From: Squalus acanthias
Taxonomy: Eukaryota
NCBI GenBank assembly: GCA_030390025.1
Contig: CM059432.1
Coordinates: 81,532,001 to 81,596,000, forward strand
DNA length: 64,000 nt
Direction of reading: 5' to 3'
Positions 1-12,868 of this stretch are shown in pieces. The stretch's first letter is position 1; each line of letters starts with the position of its first letter. Position numbers and translations under genes: made by a program. The notes below the pieces were generated by a model. The model searched no databases, was not told the DNA's origin, and was given only the letters and a program-made list of their open reading frames with translations.

Positions 1-589
1 AACTGACAATTCAGATTGAGTGTCTAGAAACCATGCACCATTGGTTTTCTGAGTTTGCTCATGCAGTAATATTGAGTCACAGACTTCATACTGAATCCAC
101 ACATTTTGATGCACCTTTTTGCTGATTTTTTTCCGTGATCTGCACATGATGCAATGGGTAAGGGAACCTCACAACCTAGTTAAGATCTATTTATTCTCTG
201 GTAGAAACCGCTGTTCCACTGGGGGAATCTGGGAGGCTTGGTAAATATTCTCAGTTCACATCAAAATGCAAGATAAACATTCATTGAATTATTTCCAAAT
301 ATAAGTTGGTTTCATTGATGTGGCCAGCATTAGCAGTGAGCAATGGAGCCAACCATGGGACAGAGTTAACCCTTTGAGTACCGAAAGATCTTTAAAAGAT
401 TTCTCACAGGTTCTTATTCCTACCTGAGAGGTACAGAATTTGGTTTGAATGACGAGAGTTTTCATATCTTTTCATTTATGTTTGCGCATGGAGCACTATT
501 TTATGCAACTTGTTTGTTAAATGAGAAAATTGGGGAAAAGAATAAAGGTCAACGTTCCAAAGAAATTGGAGTCAGGATTGAGTGGTATG

Positions 590-850
590 CACGGAATTAG
601 AAGCAGTAACAACCAAAGAGGAATATCATCTAGTGGCTCTGAGAGAGGCAATGCTTAAGTATGGACAGGATTTGCAACTTAATGTGTATTACCAAACAGT
701 AAAGATCAGATAGAGATGGAGATCTGCAAACATTTGAAAGAGATATTTAAGAACAACAGGACAATATCATAGGACAATATTAACCATCCCAGGATAAACT
801 GGAATAGAGGTAGTGCATGTAGTCACATGGGGAATGCTTTTTAGAATGTA
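590..850 (+). mobile_element. Highly degraded CR1 LINE ORF2 endonuclease fragment
   Basis: Reads ..EMEICKHLKEIFKNNRTI.., resembling EEQIFWQISEKCKNNRAVIVG of the CR1 at 36.9 kb; many stops. Confidence 0.4.
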
Positions 851-911
851 CCCAGTACTGCTTCCTACATTAGTACATTTCAAGTCCAACATGGAAAGAG
901 TCATTGTGAAT

Positions 912-1042
912 AAAAAGCAAAGTACTGCAGATGCTGGAAATCATGAAACAAAATCAGAAAATGTGAAAAACACTCAGCAGGTCAGGCAGCACCTGTGCAG
1001 AGAACAGACAAGACTTTTGGGTATAGACCCTTCCTTAGAACT
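912..1042 (-). mobile_element. Solo Penelope 3'-terminal unit with degenerate hammerhead
   Basis: Matches 32045-32180 (GCAGATGCTGGAAA...CTCAGCAGGTCAGGCAGC); minus strand reads AGTT-CTAAGGA-A-GGGT CTAT ACCC-AAAA. Confidence 0.7.
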
Positions 1043-2479
1043 CTGTAGCCATTTAAGTTTTGTTGTTAACTCACAAAATTCTTGGCATTATCTTGAAAAC
1101 TGTAAACATTATGCTTCTGCATTAGAGCAGAGGTACTACTGCAGGCCACAAAGGGTTACGTGAAGCAGTGCAATGCAGTTAATAATAACAGTTCAACATG
1201 AAAACATGCTTTGTTTTGCACACTGGAAAATAAATTATAAAAGAGATTTTTTTTTAAATCAAACTTTCTTGTATAATACCGGATATTATTATTCCTGATT
1301 TGCTTCTTTGACTCAAGCAATTATATTTCCTATAAAACTCATCTCATATGATGCTTTCCTGACCTTAAAGGTAATGGGCACTGAAGAGCTGTGATGGCAG
1401 TTACCCTTTTCTGCTGATTTTATTGTACGTTTTACTTTAAGTCTTTTACAAGGGCAGAATATATCAGCTGAAAATGAGGTTTGCTTACACTAATCTGCTG
1501 ACTTGCCATTGTGCTGCACCATTAGGTTATTCATCTGAAACACTGGCTGCATTGTGCTATAGAATACCTAACTTGCACCAGCTTAAAGTTCATAAAATGA
1601 CGCTGACCTGTTTATTATTCAACATACGCGGAGGTAACATCAAAGGGGAGAGGCAGAAGGGGCCCTCTGCCCCCATCGCAGTTGACACTTGTCTCCCTTT
1701 TAGACACCAATGTTGAGATGTGTTAGCCTAGTAGACCGCTGCAAGTACATTTAAAATAGCAAGGGCTGAGACTGTCTCCTTCAAATTTTAGCTCGAGTCC
1801 ACAATTTACACACTGAAACTTTTGGGTCAGAGGGGGTTACGATTTTGCACAGCAGTCAGGCTCTGGAGAGGACCATGGGCATGCAGATCTTGGTTAGTTC
1901 AGTTGAAGACACTCAGTATCTTTGTGTTTTGTTATAAAGCTGAATAAGAGCTGACTCAAGAGTTTAAAATGGAAGCAGCGTCTGAAAATATCCTCATTCT
2001 TTTTGCAGCTTACTTGAGACACAAAGCTGCACACAGCACAGATGCCGGCCAGTCCTCGCTGCACAAGTTCTCCCAAGGCATTTTGTCACCAATTACCAAG
2101 TCTGTGCCAAGAAACAATATTAAAGTGTACAAAGAGGCCTGTGTTATACAGGACACTTCAGCTGCCTTTGAGAAGCTTGTTTTTAGCCTTTTAATAGAAC
2201 GGGAAATTAATTTTGAAGCTTGATCCATTTTAATTAATTCTGATTAAGTAATGTGCCTATTTACACTGTCTGGTATGTAAATTAAAATACTCCGGCTGGT
2301 AGTAAAGCACAGCTATAGTAATGTTGAACAAGTAGTGACAGTAACAGTACACTCATTGCCTTGTACAACTTCATTCCTGCAAATACAAACTTTAGTTGCT
2401 TTTGGGTCCTATTATTTGACAGATACTGGGATAAAGAAATCTAACATCCCTGTGCCCATTTTTTGGGTGTATAATCAGA

Positions 2480-4530
2480 ATTGGGGGGGACAAATCTTGG
2501 GTTGCAATCTCCCATGCCCGATCTCCCCTGGAAGTGCACTGGCCACCATTTTGGATCTGGCAACTTTTAGTTGTCCCAACCAGCTGCCTGTAAGGAGCAA
2601 AGGCGTCATTAATATATTAATATAAAGGTCTTTCGCCTGTTGAAGGACCCTTTTGCCAAATTGAACTGTGGGAGCGACAGATTCACCAATTCTTTACCCG
2701 GTCCAGTAATTCAGCACCAACAGTTGGTAACCAGGCTGCATCAACGATATTTAATGGGATCCTCAGCTGCATTCGGGTAAGTCTCTAGTTAGTCGTTTTT
2801 GGCTGCTAGTGTGCTTGTAGGCAATTTTTTGGGGCTATTGTGGTGTTTTCAAAACTTGTGGAAAGTGAGTTTTAGGAGCTATAGCACTTAGTGCAGGGTC
2901 TTGAGCTCTTTATTGATGAAAAATGGGTCTGTTACTGTGTCTACTATTAGGGCTTGAGTGTGAGGAGGAGGAGGAGCAAGGAAGAGAGCAGAGATCTGTA
3001 GCTGCTGTCACAAGAGGGGGAACGAGGGAGAGCGCAGGAGGCCTTACACCATATGGGTGTACCGCAGTAGAACTTTTTACCTCAACTTCAGTGAAGAGCA
3101 ATGTGTCCAGTGGCTCCGCTTTACCAGAAAGGCTGGTACTGAGCTATGTCACCTGTTGCAGTAAGAACTGCAGCTTAGCACCAGGTCATGTGGCTGTAAA
3201 GGACTCAGGGAAATCCAGGTTGCAACAGGTGGCGTAAGCGACATATGTCAATTTTTAGTCCATTGCTGCATAAGGCAGGTCATAGATGCCCTCTTCAATA
3301 AACAGAACCATTTTGTCACCTTTCCTAAGGAGGCAGCTAAACAAGAGGAGAGAGAGTTCTGGGCTTCGCCCAAATTGCTGGCTTCCCAAGGGTCCTGAGC
3401 GTCATTGATTGCACCCACATTGCCCTGCGTGATCCATACGAAGATTATTCATCAACAGGAAGGGCTTCCACTCCCTGAATTTACAGCTGGTGTGTGACCA
3501 CAGGCAGCGGATCATGCACGTCTGAGCCCGGTTTCCTGGCAGTAGTTGCGATGCCATTGTCCCACGCCAGTCCTCAATCCCATCTCTCTTAAACCCAGAC
3601 CATTGGGTGTCAGGCTGGCTGCTTGGGATCAAGGAATATTCCCTGACCACCTGACTCATGAACCCGAGCACAGAGGCAGAGGAATGATATATAGAAAGCC
3701 ACACCTCCATCAGAGTGCTGATACAGCAAACCATTGGCCTTCTAAAATAGAGCTTCTGTTGCCTTGACAGATCTGGGGGTTTCCTTTAGTATAGTCTGAG
3801 AGGGTCTCAAGAATTGGTGCGATCTGATGCATTCACAACATCACCCTACTAAGTGAGCAACCCTTGGAGCCACCTCAGAAGGAAGACATGGAGGAGCAAG
3901 ATGAAAAGGATGACCAGGATGTCGAGGACAAGCAGGAAGAGCAAAAGCCAGCAATGCTGCCAGAGCCATACGGCAGCAAATCATAAATGAACAGTTCCAT
4001 TGAATCATCCCCCCGACCCAACCCAATACACCACAGTCCCTCCTACCATCACCTCCACTCCTCATACCCAACTGATGAATGCCCTCATCTTGATCTCCAA
4101 ATCAGTGTAAAGAAACATCATAACAACGCAAACTGGTTCATAACTGTTCATTTCATGATTCATTACAGTGAAGTTTGAAATCTAAACATTACCCTTGTGC
4201 AGATCCCTAGTGCCTCAGCACTCCCACTGCTCTGCGCAACAACAGAGTGCAGGAGTGTAGTAACACTTTGGAATTCCCTATCATACTTTCCTTCCTGCTT
4301 TGAAAGCCAGAAGAGATGCTGGAACCCAGAGCCAAGATGGCAGCAGACTGAACTTCCATCAAAGCTGTCGGCACTGTGTGCATAGAGTTCAGCACATGCT
4401 CCATGATTGATTGCAATGTTTCTTTGCCCTGCCCGAATATCCCACACAAGTTGGATCTGGACTTCTCCAGACTCGCCGTCTACAGATGGAGCCTCATCAC
4501 TCTAACGTCTCAGAAGGCTAATACCATCCT
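2480..4530 (+). mobile_element. Degraded PIF/Harbinger transposon (transposase pseudogene ~2920-4000 on +, Myb-gene 3' remnant on -)
   Basis: Broken frames give [54 protein letters not shown], matching the ORF at 49824-50888. Confidence 0.85.
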
Positions 4531-4639
4531 ACCAGAACTCCTGCACTCCGTTGTTGTGCAGAGCAGTGGGAGTGCTGAGGCACTAGGGATCTGCACAAGG
4601 GTAATGTTTAGATTTCAAACTTCACTGTAATGAATCATG
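4154..4639. repeat. 103-bp inverted repeat with 280-bp spacer
   Basis: 4154-4256 is the reverse complement of 4537-4639 with 2 mismatches. Confidence 0.95.
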
Positions 4640-4664
4640 GTGAGGCAACCGGTTCATCCACATT

Positions 4665-5427
4665 GGCCCAAAAATTCGGCCGAATACGGGAGAGTACCCG
4701 CTGCGTACTCACCCGTATTCGGTCCCGAAGTGCCGGTTTCCTGCATGCACTGCGCATGCGCGGGAAACCGGCACTTCCGGTATGGCGAAGGGGGCGGTTC
4801 CTAAGTGAACCGCGTGCGCACTAGAGGCTGCGCGCACGCATCGCACTTAGGTTTTTTTTCAGGTTTCAACGCGAAGGTAAGTATGGAAGATTTTACACAT
4901 GAAAAAAGGAGGCGTAAGACCCCCTTTTAACAAGGTAAGTAGTTAATTAAGTATTATTTTAAAAAGATTTCAACAGGTTTATCTTTTTTAGAGACTTTAA
5001 AGAAAGGTAAGTTTATTTTTATAACTTTTAAAAAGAATTTAAATTTTTTCAAAAATTAAAATTTTTGTTTAAAGTGGTTAATTTATTTAACTATAGTTAT
5101 TTTATTAATGTGATGGGTTTTTAAAAATTTATTTGAGGTTTAGCTGTTCTTTTGGGGGCAATTTGTATTCATAGATTTGACAGTTCTCCTGTCAAATCTA
5201 TGAATGAAAGATGGTGTGCTGCCATTGGCTCTCCATGGCCCACGTGATCCCAGGAGTCGCATCGCACTAACTGCGCCTCTGGGACACGCACATACTGCGC
5301 GCCGGCACTAGGGAGAGGCCCAGGACCCGAAGTTCGTGTGGGCCCGAAACACAATGGCAGGCGCGGTAGGTAAGATCGCGCGCGATCCTTACCCCCGCGG
5401 CAAGCCTCCGAGTCAAATTTCTGGGCC
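4665..5427. mobile_element. Harbinger-type MITE
   Basis: TIR GGCCCARAAATT...AATTTCTGGGCC; 3-bp TSD ATT (4662-4664/5428-5430); second copy begins at 63927. Confidence 0.9.
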
Positions 5428-6059
5428 ATTATCTCATAAGGACAAGTTTGTATAAGTTGTCGACATGTTACTAACTGCGGCCATATAGAATTTAATCTAT
5501 TCAATAGACTGGCTATCTAACTTGTTAGCTTTCTAAAGAGTCTAATTATGAATTAATTTCATCAATTTATATCAATCTCAGACACTAATTTTAACTATAA
5601 TTAGCAAGCAGTTAATGCTGAATTACTGTGACATAACTAAACTATCTTTGCAACCTCTGTTATGTATTTCATAAATTAACCTTATCTACTAATTATTTGC
5701 ATACTCAATGTTTGAGTTTAAGTGCTGCTATCTATGATTCTAAGGTTAATAAATAATTGTTAGTTCATGGCTTTGTTGTCTGACTTCTTTGCTAATTGAC
5801 AAGAAAGAGTTAATTAATTCACTCAGTAACTTGTGCAGATCCTGATGGGAGGTTGGTAGAGTAAATGTGAATATAATCTGAACTGCTTTACATCAACCAA
5901 TTCAATAAGCCAAATTTATGCATCATTAACTCATAGACATAAATTAGGTGATAAACCCCAGACAGTTCCTTGACGAGTAGTTAAGGTGAAGGGTTAAGGG
6001 TTTGTCTTGTGCCCTTGTTGAATATTCTTGTCAGGGTATCGATTGCATTCTTACAATTG

Positions 6060-6400
6060 TCAGTGCACTGCGTTGTCAATGTACTACATCACCATTACAC
6101 AGCATTACCAATGTCCTGCTTCACCAATGTAATAGATCATCAATGCACTACATTACCAATATACAGCTTCACCAATACATTGTAATACCAATACGTACCA
6201 CACCGTGAATATATTGCAACACCAATATACTACCCAACTAATATACTGTGGTATCATTGTGCGCCACCAATATACTGCACTATATGCTGCACACCCATTA
6301 CATTGCACTACTAATATATTGCATTATCAATGTATTACACTATCAATTTACCGCATTACCAACATACTGCACAATCATAATATCACATTACTAATGTACT
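6060..6400. repeat. Degenerate ~15-nt minisatellite (CACCAATATACTGCA-like)
   Basis: Recurring ACCAAT/ACTAAT ATA(C/T)TGC motifs at short spacing. Confidence 0.6.
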
Positions 6401-6840
6401 ACCTAAATTGCGAGACACATTCTCACAAAGTTCCTGATCTCAATCTTAGCACTGGGAAGTGCCAAGCAGATGAAAAGGGTTTTCCTGCAGAAGGGAAATG
6501 AATAATCACAGTGCCACTCTCAGCGGGTGGTTTCAGAGTTGTAGTGGCAGAATCCTGTTGGCAGAGGATGGTGTATAGCATGGAGAAACCTAAATGAAGC
6601 AAAGGGGAGAAAGTACCTCAGAGTGAGGGGACCTGATATTTACTTGGGGCCATGAAGAGAGCGGTGGGGGAAGGATTTCTGAACTGGAAACCTGGGAGTA
6701 TGTGTTTCCCGGATGTCCTGCTGAAATGAATACCAGGATGTCTTTTAAAGTTTTTCAGGTTTCCCGCCTGACGGCCAGCCAGATTGACAGACTGACTGCC
6801 TGTCAGGCAGGAAAGCAGAGAAGCGGATGCCAGGTAACTA

Positions 6841-7313
6841 TTGCTGTTGCCAGGGCTGGAGAATTTTAGCTATGAGGAGAGATTGGATAGGCAGGGGTTG
6901 TTTTCTTTGGAACAGAGGAGGCTGAGGGGAGACTTAATTGAGGTGTATAAAATTATGAGGGGCCTAGATAGAGTGGATACGAAGGATCTATTTCCCTTAG
7001 CAGAGAGATCAATAACCAGGGGGAATAGATTTAAAGTAATTGGTAGAAGGATTAGAGGGGAGTTGAGGAGAATCTTTTTCACCCAGAGGGCGGTGGGGAT
7101 CTGGCACTCACTGCCTGAAAGGGTGGTAGAGGCAGAAACCCTCATCACATTTAAAAAGTACTGGGGTATGCACTTGAAATGCCGTAACCTGCAAGGGTAC
7201 GGACCAAGAGCTGGAAAGTGGGATTAGGCTGGACAGCTCTTCTTTTGAATGGTGCAGACACGATGGGCCGAATGGCCTCCTTCTGTGCCGTAAAGTTCTA
7301 TGATTCTATGATG
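6841..7313 (+). mobile_element. 5'-truncated CR1 LINE 3' end, inserted in a Harbinger-like MITE that ends ~7756
   Basis: LFSLEQRRLRGDLIEVYKIMRG...FFTQRAVGIW; (TATGATTC)-type tail; possible TSD AACTA 6836-6840/7314-7318. Confidence 0.9.
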
Positions 7314-8781
7314 AACTAGCAGATCCGGGGTGGGGGGGTTGCGAGGGGGTGAGGGGAGTTGGAGATCAGGGGTGGGGGAGTTGGAGATTGTGGGGTCTGT
7401 AAAGAGGTAAGTTTGTTAGGCCTGGAGGAAACACACCAGCTCCTCCTGGCCCACAAGCATTGCTGTAAATGTACTTACCTCATGGATCCGGCCCTTTTCG
7501 CCTACTTTTACCTGCTGGGTTACCGATCCCCGGGGATCCCGGCCTCCATGAGTTAAAAATAAAAATCCTGTTAAAATGGAGGCACGCAGCCTCTTTAAAA
7601 GCTTTTACTGACCAGCCTGCCTCCTGGAAGCGAGTTGTTCGCCCCCCTCCATTAAAACCAGAAGTTGGCGGATTGGGGTCGGGTTTGAGATTTAATATTT
7701 TTTTACTTCCCACCCACCCCCAACCCACCCATCCTTGGGGGTTAAAACTCCCCCCAGGGAATCTCACCTTAAATTTAAAAAAAGGAATATAGTCTCAATA
7801 CTGGTATTGAGGACCGAGCCCATGAAGTGATTTATTACATTTCATTGCAAAGAAAGGCGGGCGACCTGGCCACCCAGCAGTAGGTCCTTCTGAAAACAGT
7901 GTCAGCTGGATCAGGAGCGGGAATGGGATAGTAAGCTTTCCCCATTGATAAAAATAATAAAAATAAAGTGGCGAGCTGATAAGGAGCTGTGAGGCTCCCC
8001 GTATTACTTCATTCAGTGTTAAGGAGCAAGATTGGATGTAGATTGCAATGTCGTCTACCATCCTCCAATACATTTGCGGTACCCTCACCTGGCGATAGGG
8101 CATTAATCTCTGTTTGAATACACAAGGCAGAATGAGTTCAGCTCACAGATTTTGCTCTCTAAATTCGTATGGCTGTCCAAAAGATGATTAAATGATGTGT
8201 TCTTAGCGTCTGTTGAGGACATACAGATTGCTGCTTTTTTTAAGTACACTGATGTGAAGATTAAAAAAGAATCTACACGGAAGATAAGGCCCCCGAGAAA
8301 GAGTGTGCACGTCATAAAGCATATCTGTAGCAATACTGATCAAAGCATACTTTAAAAATTGGGATTAATGACATTTCTAGATGCCAGCTATGGAACAATG
8401 AGCTTGTTTTCTGTAGGCAGTTACACCAAAGGCATATTGAAGAAAAATCAATGACTGATTATTTCTTTTCAATGAATTCATTGTGAATGCCCATGTTTTT
8501 TTTTCTCTAAGACTCTTTGTGAAGCATTATACTGTCAGTTCCAAAATTAAAAATCAAAACCAGACATTCAAGACTAGACTGATCATTTTTACTTGACTTA
8601 GTAATTTTTTATAAACTTTTGATGATCCAGTGCAAGGGATTACTTGTGTATGGTGTCTCTTGATAGAAGTGGTTTAATCTTTTCATAACTGCTTTCAGTT
8701 ACCTGTAAAGAGGCCAAGATACTAAACTAAATTATATTCCCTCAGAAGTATATGAACACTGTTGTCTGTCAAACTTATTAT

Positions 8782-9446
8782 AGAAAGAAAGAAAGACATG
8801 GATTTATACAGCACCTTTCATGACCTCAGGATGTCCCAAAGCACTTTACAGCAAATGAAGTACTTTTTGAAGTGTAGTCACCTGTTGTAATGTAGGAAAC
8901 ACAGCAGCCAAGCTGCGCACAGCAAGCTCCCACAAACAGCAATGTGAAAATGACCAGATAATCTGTTTTAGTGATGTTGATTGAGGGATAAATATCGGCC
9001 AGGACACTGGGGATAACTCCCCTGCTCTTCTTTGAAATAGTGCCATGGAATCTTTTACATCCACTTGAGAGAGCAGACGGGGCCTCAGTTTAACGTCTCA
9101 TCCAAAAGACAGCACCTCCAACAGTGCAGCACTCCCTCAGCACTGCAAACAGCGGAAGGAGCGCATGTCAACCCAAGCACCCCACCCACCTGCCCCTTCA
9201 ACCACCGTCTGGCCCACCTGTGACAGAGACTGTAGGTCCCGCATTGGACACATCAGTCACCTAAGAACTCATTTTTAGTGTGGAAGCAAGTCATCCTTGG
9301 TTCCGAGGGACTGCCTAAGAAGAAGAAGAAGAAGAGTACTGCACTGGAGTGTCAGCCTAGATTTTTGTGCTCAGGTCTCTGGAGTGAGACCTGAACCCAC
9401 AATCTTCTGACTCAGAGGCGCGAGTGCTACCAACTGAGCCATGGCT
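8782..9446 (-). mobile_element. tRNA-derived Deu-domain SINE (SacSINE1-like), interrupted by an RTE fragment
   Basis: Minus strand has A box TGGCTCAGTTGG, B-box-like GGTTCAGGTC, core GGATGTAAAAGATTCCATGGCACTATTT and a (TTTC)n tail; homologous to 54640-55478. Confidence 0.85.
9148..9334 (+). mobile_element. RTE-clade LINE 3' end
   Basis: Encodes TVWPTCDRDCRSRIGHISHLRTHF* (decayed C2H2-like end), (GAA)n tail, 9-bp TSD AG(C/T)ACTGCA. Confidence 0.75.
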
Positions 9447-9569
9447 CACACCCAAAGTTTTGGTACCATTTGGCAAACAGCAGCTAGGTCTAGTGTAGCA
9501 TTCCTTCTAGTCTGCAGTGTAAGAGTTATTGACAAGAACTCAAATATTTGTGAAATTAGAAATTAAAGC

Positions 9570-10920
9570 TTTGAGAAACAATAATCCAGGAAAAAATTAA
9601 CAGCCACTTGGACAAGCATGGGCTAATAAAGGAGAGCCAGGACAGATTAGTTAAGGGCCAATCATGTTTGACTAACTTGATTGAGTTTTTTGATGAGGTA
9701 ACAGAGAAGGTGGATGAGGGCAGTGTAGTTGATGTTGTGTATATGGACTTTCAAAAGATGTTTGATAAAGTACCACATACTAGGCTTGTTAACAAAATTG
9801 AAGCTCATGGGATAAAAGGGCCAGTAGCAGCATGGATACAAAATTGGCTAAGTGATAGAAAACAGAGCGATGTGGTGAATGGCTGTTTTTTGGACTGGAG
9901 GGAGGTATACAGTGGCGTTCCCCAAGGTTCAGTACTGGGACCACTGCTGTTTTTGATACACATTAATGACTTGGACTTGGGGGTAGAGGACACAATTTCA
10001 AAATTTGCAGATGACACAAAACTTGAAAGTGTTGTAAACAATGAAGAAGATAGTAATAGACTTCAAGAAGACATAGACAGGCTGGTGGAATGGGTGGACA
10101 CATGGCAGATGAAATTCAATGCAGAGAAGTGTGAGGTGATACATTTTGGTCGGAAGAATGAGGAGACCATACATACTAAATGTTACAATTTTAAAGGGGG
10201 TGCAAGAACAGAGAGACCTGGGGGTGCTTGTTCACACATCTTTGAAGGTGGCAGGACCAGTTAACAAAGCAGTTAATAAAGCATATGGGATCCTGGGCTT
10301 TATAAATAGAGGCATAGATACAAAAGTCAGGAAGTTGTGCTAAACCTTTATAAAACACTAGTTCGGCCCCAGCTGGAGTATTGTGTCCAATTCTGGGCAC
10401 CATACTTTAGGATGGACGTGAAGGCTTTGGAGAGGGTACAGAGAGATTTACTAGAATGGTTCCAGGGATGAGGGAACATAGTTGCGTGGATAGACTTGAG
10501 AAGTTGGGGTTTGTTGTCCTTGGAGTAGAGAAGGCTAACAGGAGATTTGATAATGGTGTTTAAAATCATAAAGGGTTTAGATAAAGTAAATAAAGAGAAA
10601 TCGTTTCCAATGGCTGAAGGGTCGATAACCAGAGGGCACAGATTTAAGGTAATTGTCAAAAGAACCAGAGGCGACATGAGGGAAAACTTTTTTACACAAC
10701 GTGTAGTTAGGATTTGGAATGCACTGCCTGATAGGGTGGTGGATACAGATTCAATAGTAGCCTTCAAAAGGAAATTGGATAAATAATTGAAGGAGAAAAA
10801 ATTGCAGAGATATGGGGAAAGAGCGGGGGATGGGAATAACTGGATTGCTCTTCGAAAGAGCCAGCGCAGACTCATTGGGCCGAATGGCCTCCTTCTGTGC
10901 TGTACTATTCTATGATTCTA
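9570..10920 (+). mobile_element. 5'-truncated CR1 LINE, RT region frameshifted
   Basis: SCLTNLIEFF, YMDFQK, GVPQGSVLGP, FADDTK; CR1 C-terminus; TATTCTATGATTCTA tail. Confidence 0.95.
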
Positions 10921-12788
10921 CAGAAGATACCATAAAGTTTTGCTACACTATCCAATGATGGATCTGGCTGACTTTACACATAATCTTATTATTTTCAATG
11001 TTATCCAGTCAGATTAACGTCCCTAAGTGTTGAATCATAACCGATGGAGCCATATAGCATCACAGCAAAGACACTAATTGATTTTATCCAATCAGAGTTT
11101 AAAGAACATAAGAAAATAGGCATGAAGATGGTCATTCCTTCCACAATCCAATCCATGGTGGACTACCAAAACCATTTAACTTACAAGGAAAGATTCTGCA
11201 AATTTTTCCCTACCCTTCAAAGCTAATTTTAATCCTACATCATTTTTCTATGTCTCATCGACTTCCTCAGCATGACATTCTCAAGGCCTGGGCAGATCAG
11301 AAACCCTCATATTCAAGCAGTATTCAATAACTTTAGCATCACATTTAGATTCATGTGGTATATGTTTTCTACAATGAATGTGCTGAGAAATGTCAGGACT
11401 TTAATTCCTTAAAAGTTATTTTTGATATCTTTTCATTTTAAAGTAGTACTTGCTTTTGCAGAGATAAAGGCCCCGACTTTAAGGGCTGGCCTGGAGCCCC
11501 CGAAGTGGGCAAGGCACTGGCCTAATTTCCATGAATGTTCCCGGAGTCATGCCAGAAGCCGGCCAGATACCCCCGCCGTCAAGGGTGGAGGTCCGGAGAC
11601 GTTCGGGATCGGTGGGGGTGGGGGGGGGGGGCAGGCTTCTAGCCATGATTGAGGGGGGTGGGGAGTCTGTGTCAAGAGAGGCCCATGGCTTCCTTGTGAG
11701 GCACTCCTGCTCCTCCTGGTTCATAAGGAAACCTAACATAAAATTTTAAGGCCTAGAAATTCCAGAACGCTGGAAACCTGCCGGTGGCACCGCGGGCCGC
11801 AGTTAAAGGCCGCCAAAATTATTAGCGCAGCGCTAAACTTATTGTGCAAGGCCGGTTTTCAGGCGGAGTCTCAACAGGAGGCCCAATGTAGCGTGGCCGT
11901 AGAGTCATTGCAGCAAGAACAGCCTTCTCTTAAAGCAAGGCTGTCGTTTTAGGAAGCAGTGCAGTCCCTTAAAGAGGAACTGCCTTCTAAAATAATAAAC
12001 ATAAAAATCATTCAAAAACAGGCAGTTTTTAGCCCTTACAGCTCAACTGCCTTCTGAAAAAATAATTAACATTAAAAAGGATTCCCAAATGGCAGTTTTC
12101 AGCTCTTAAAGCTGAATTGCCTTCCGCACCTAAAAAATTTTTTAAAGTACTTCAGCACTAACACAAATGGCTCAGCAACCCAGGAAGGGGCACCCAGGGT
12201 CTTGCATACAGCACTCCAGCTTTGTGCAGAGGGGCAACACTGCAAGAGAGGCCCTCTACCCACACTGGCCAGGAAGCATTCCAGAAAGAACGATGTGGGA
12301 CCAGATATCCAAGGCCGTCACTGCCAGCAGTGATGCCCCACCACCTGGATCCAGTGCCCAAAGAAGCCTCATGACCTCAGACCAGTGGTCAAAGTCAGTG
12401 AATGCATCTTCAAAAGCCATCTCCTACCAACTGCACCACTAGCCTCACACACTTCTCAATGCATGACCATCCCCCACCCATTCACTCACCAACCAACAAT
12501 CTGTACCAAACATGAGGCATACTTCCCATTCTTAGCTTCACCTCACCCCCTTGGAGGAGACGGTGCAGGCCATTCTTGGCAGGGGCATGGCTGAGCCCTT
12601 GGCCAGCGGCGGGGCTCAAAGGATATAAGATGTTGGTATCCTCATAAGTTATCCTCCTTCTCACATGCACTTCTTGCTTTCTCGCCCTCCCCTCACCACA
12701 ACTCTACCCTTGCGCCTTCCTCATTTCACACACCCAGGAAATCCAGCCTGCCCAACCAGTGGTTGACCAAGAAGAGGGAGAGGAGAGA

Positions 12789-12843
12789 GAAGAAGAAGAA
12801 GAAGAAGAAGAAGAAGAAGAAGAAGAAGAAGAAGAAGAAGAAG
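12789..12843 (+). repeat. (GAA)n microsatellite
   Basis: About 18 perfect GAA units in the acidic part of the Myb-like remnant. Confidence 0.95.
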
Positions 12844-12868
12844 AGAAAACAACAAACAACACCATCAT

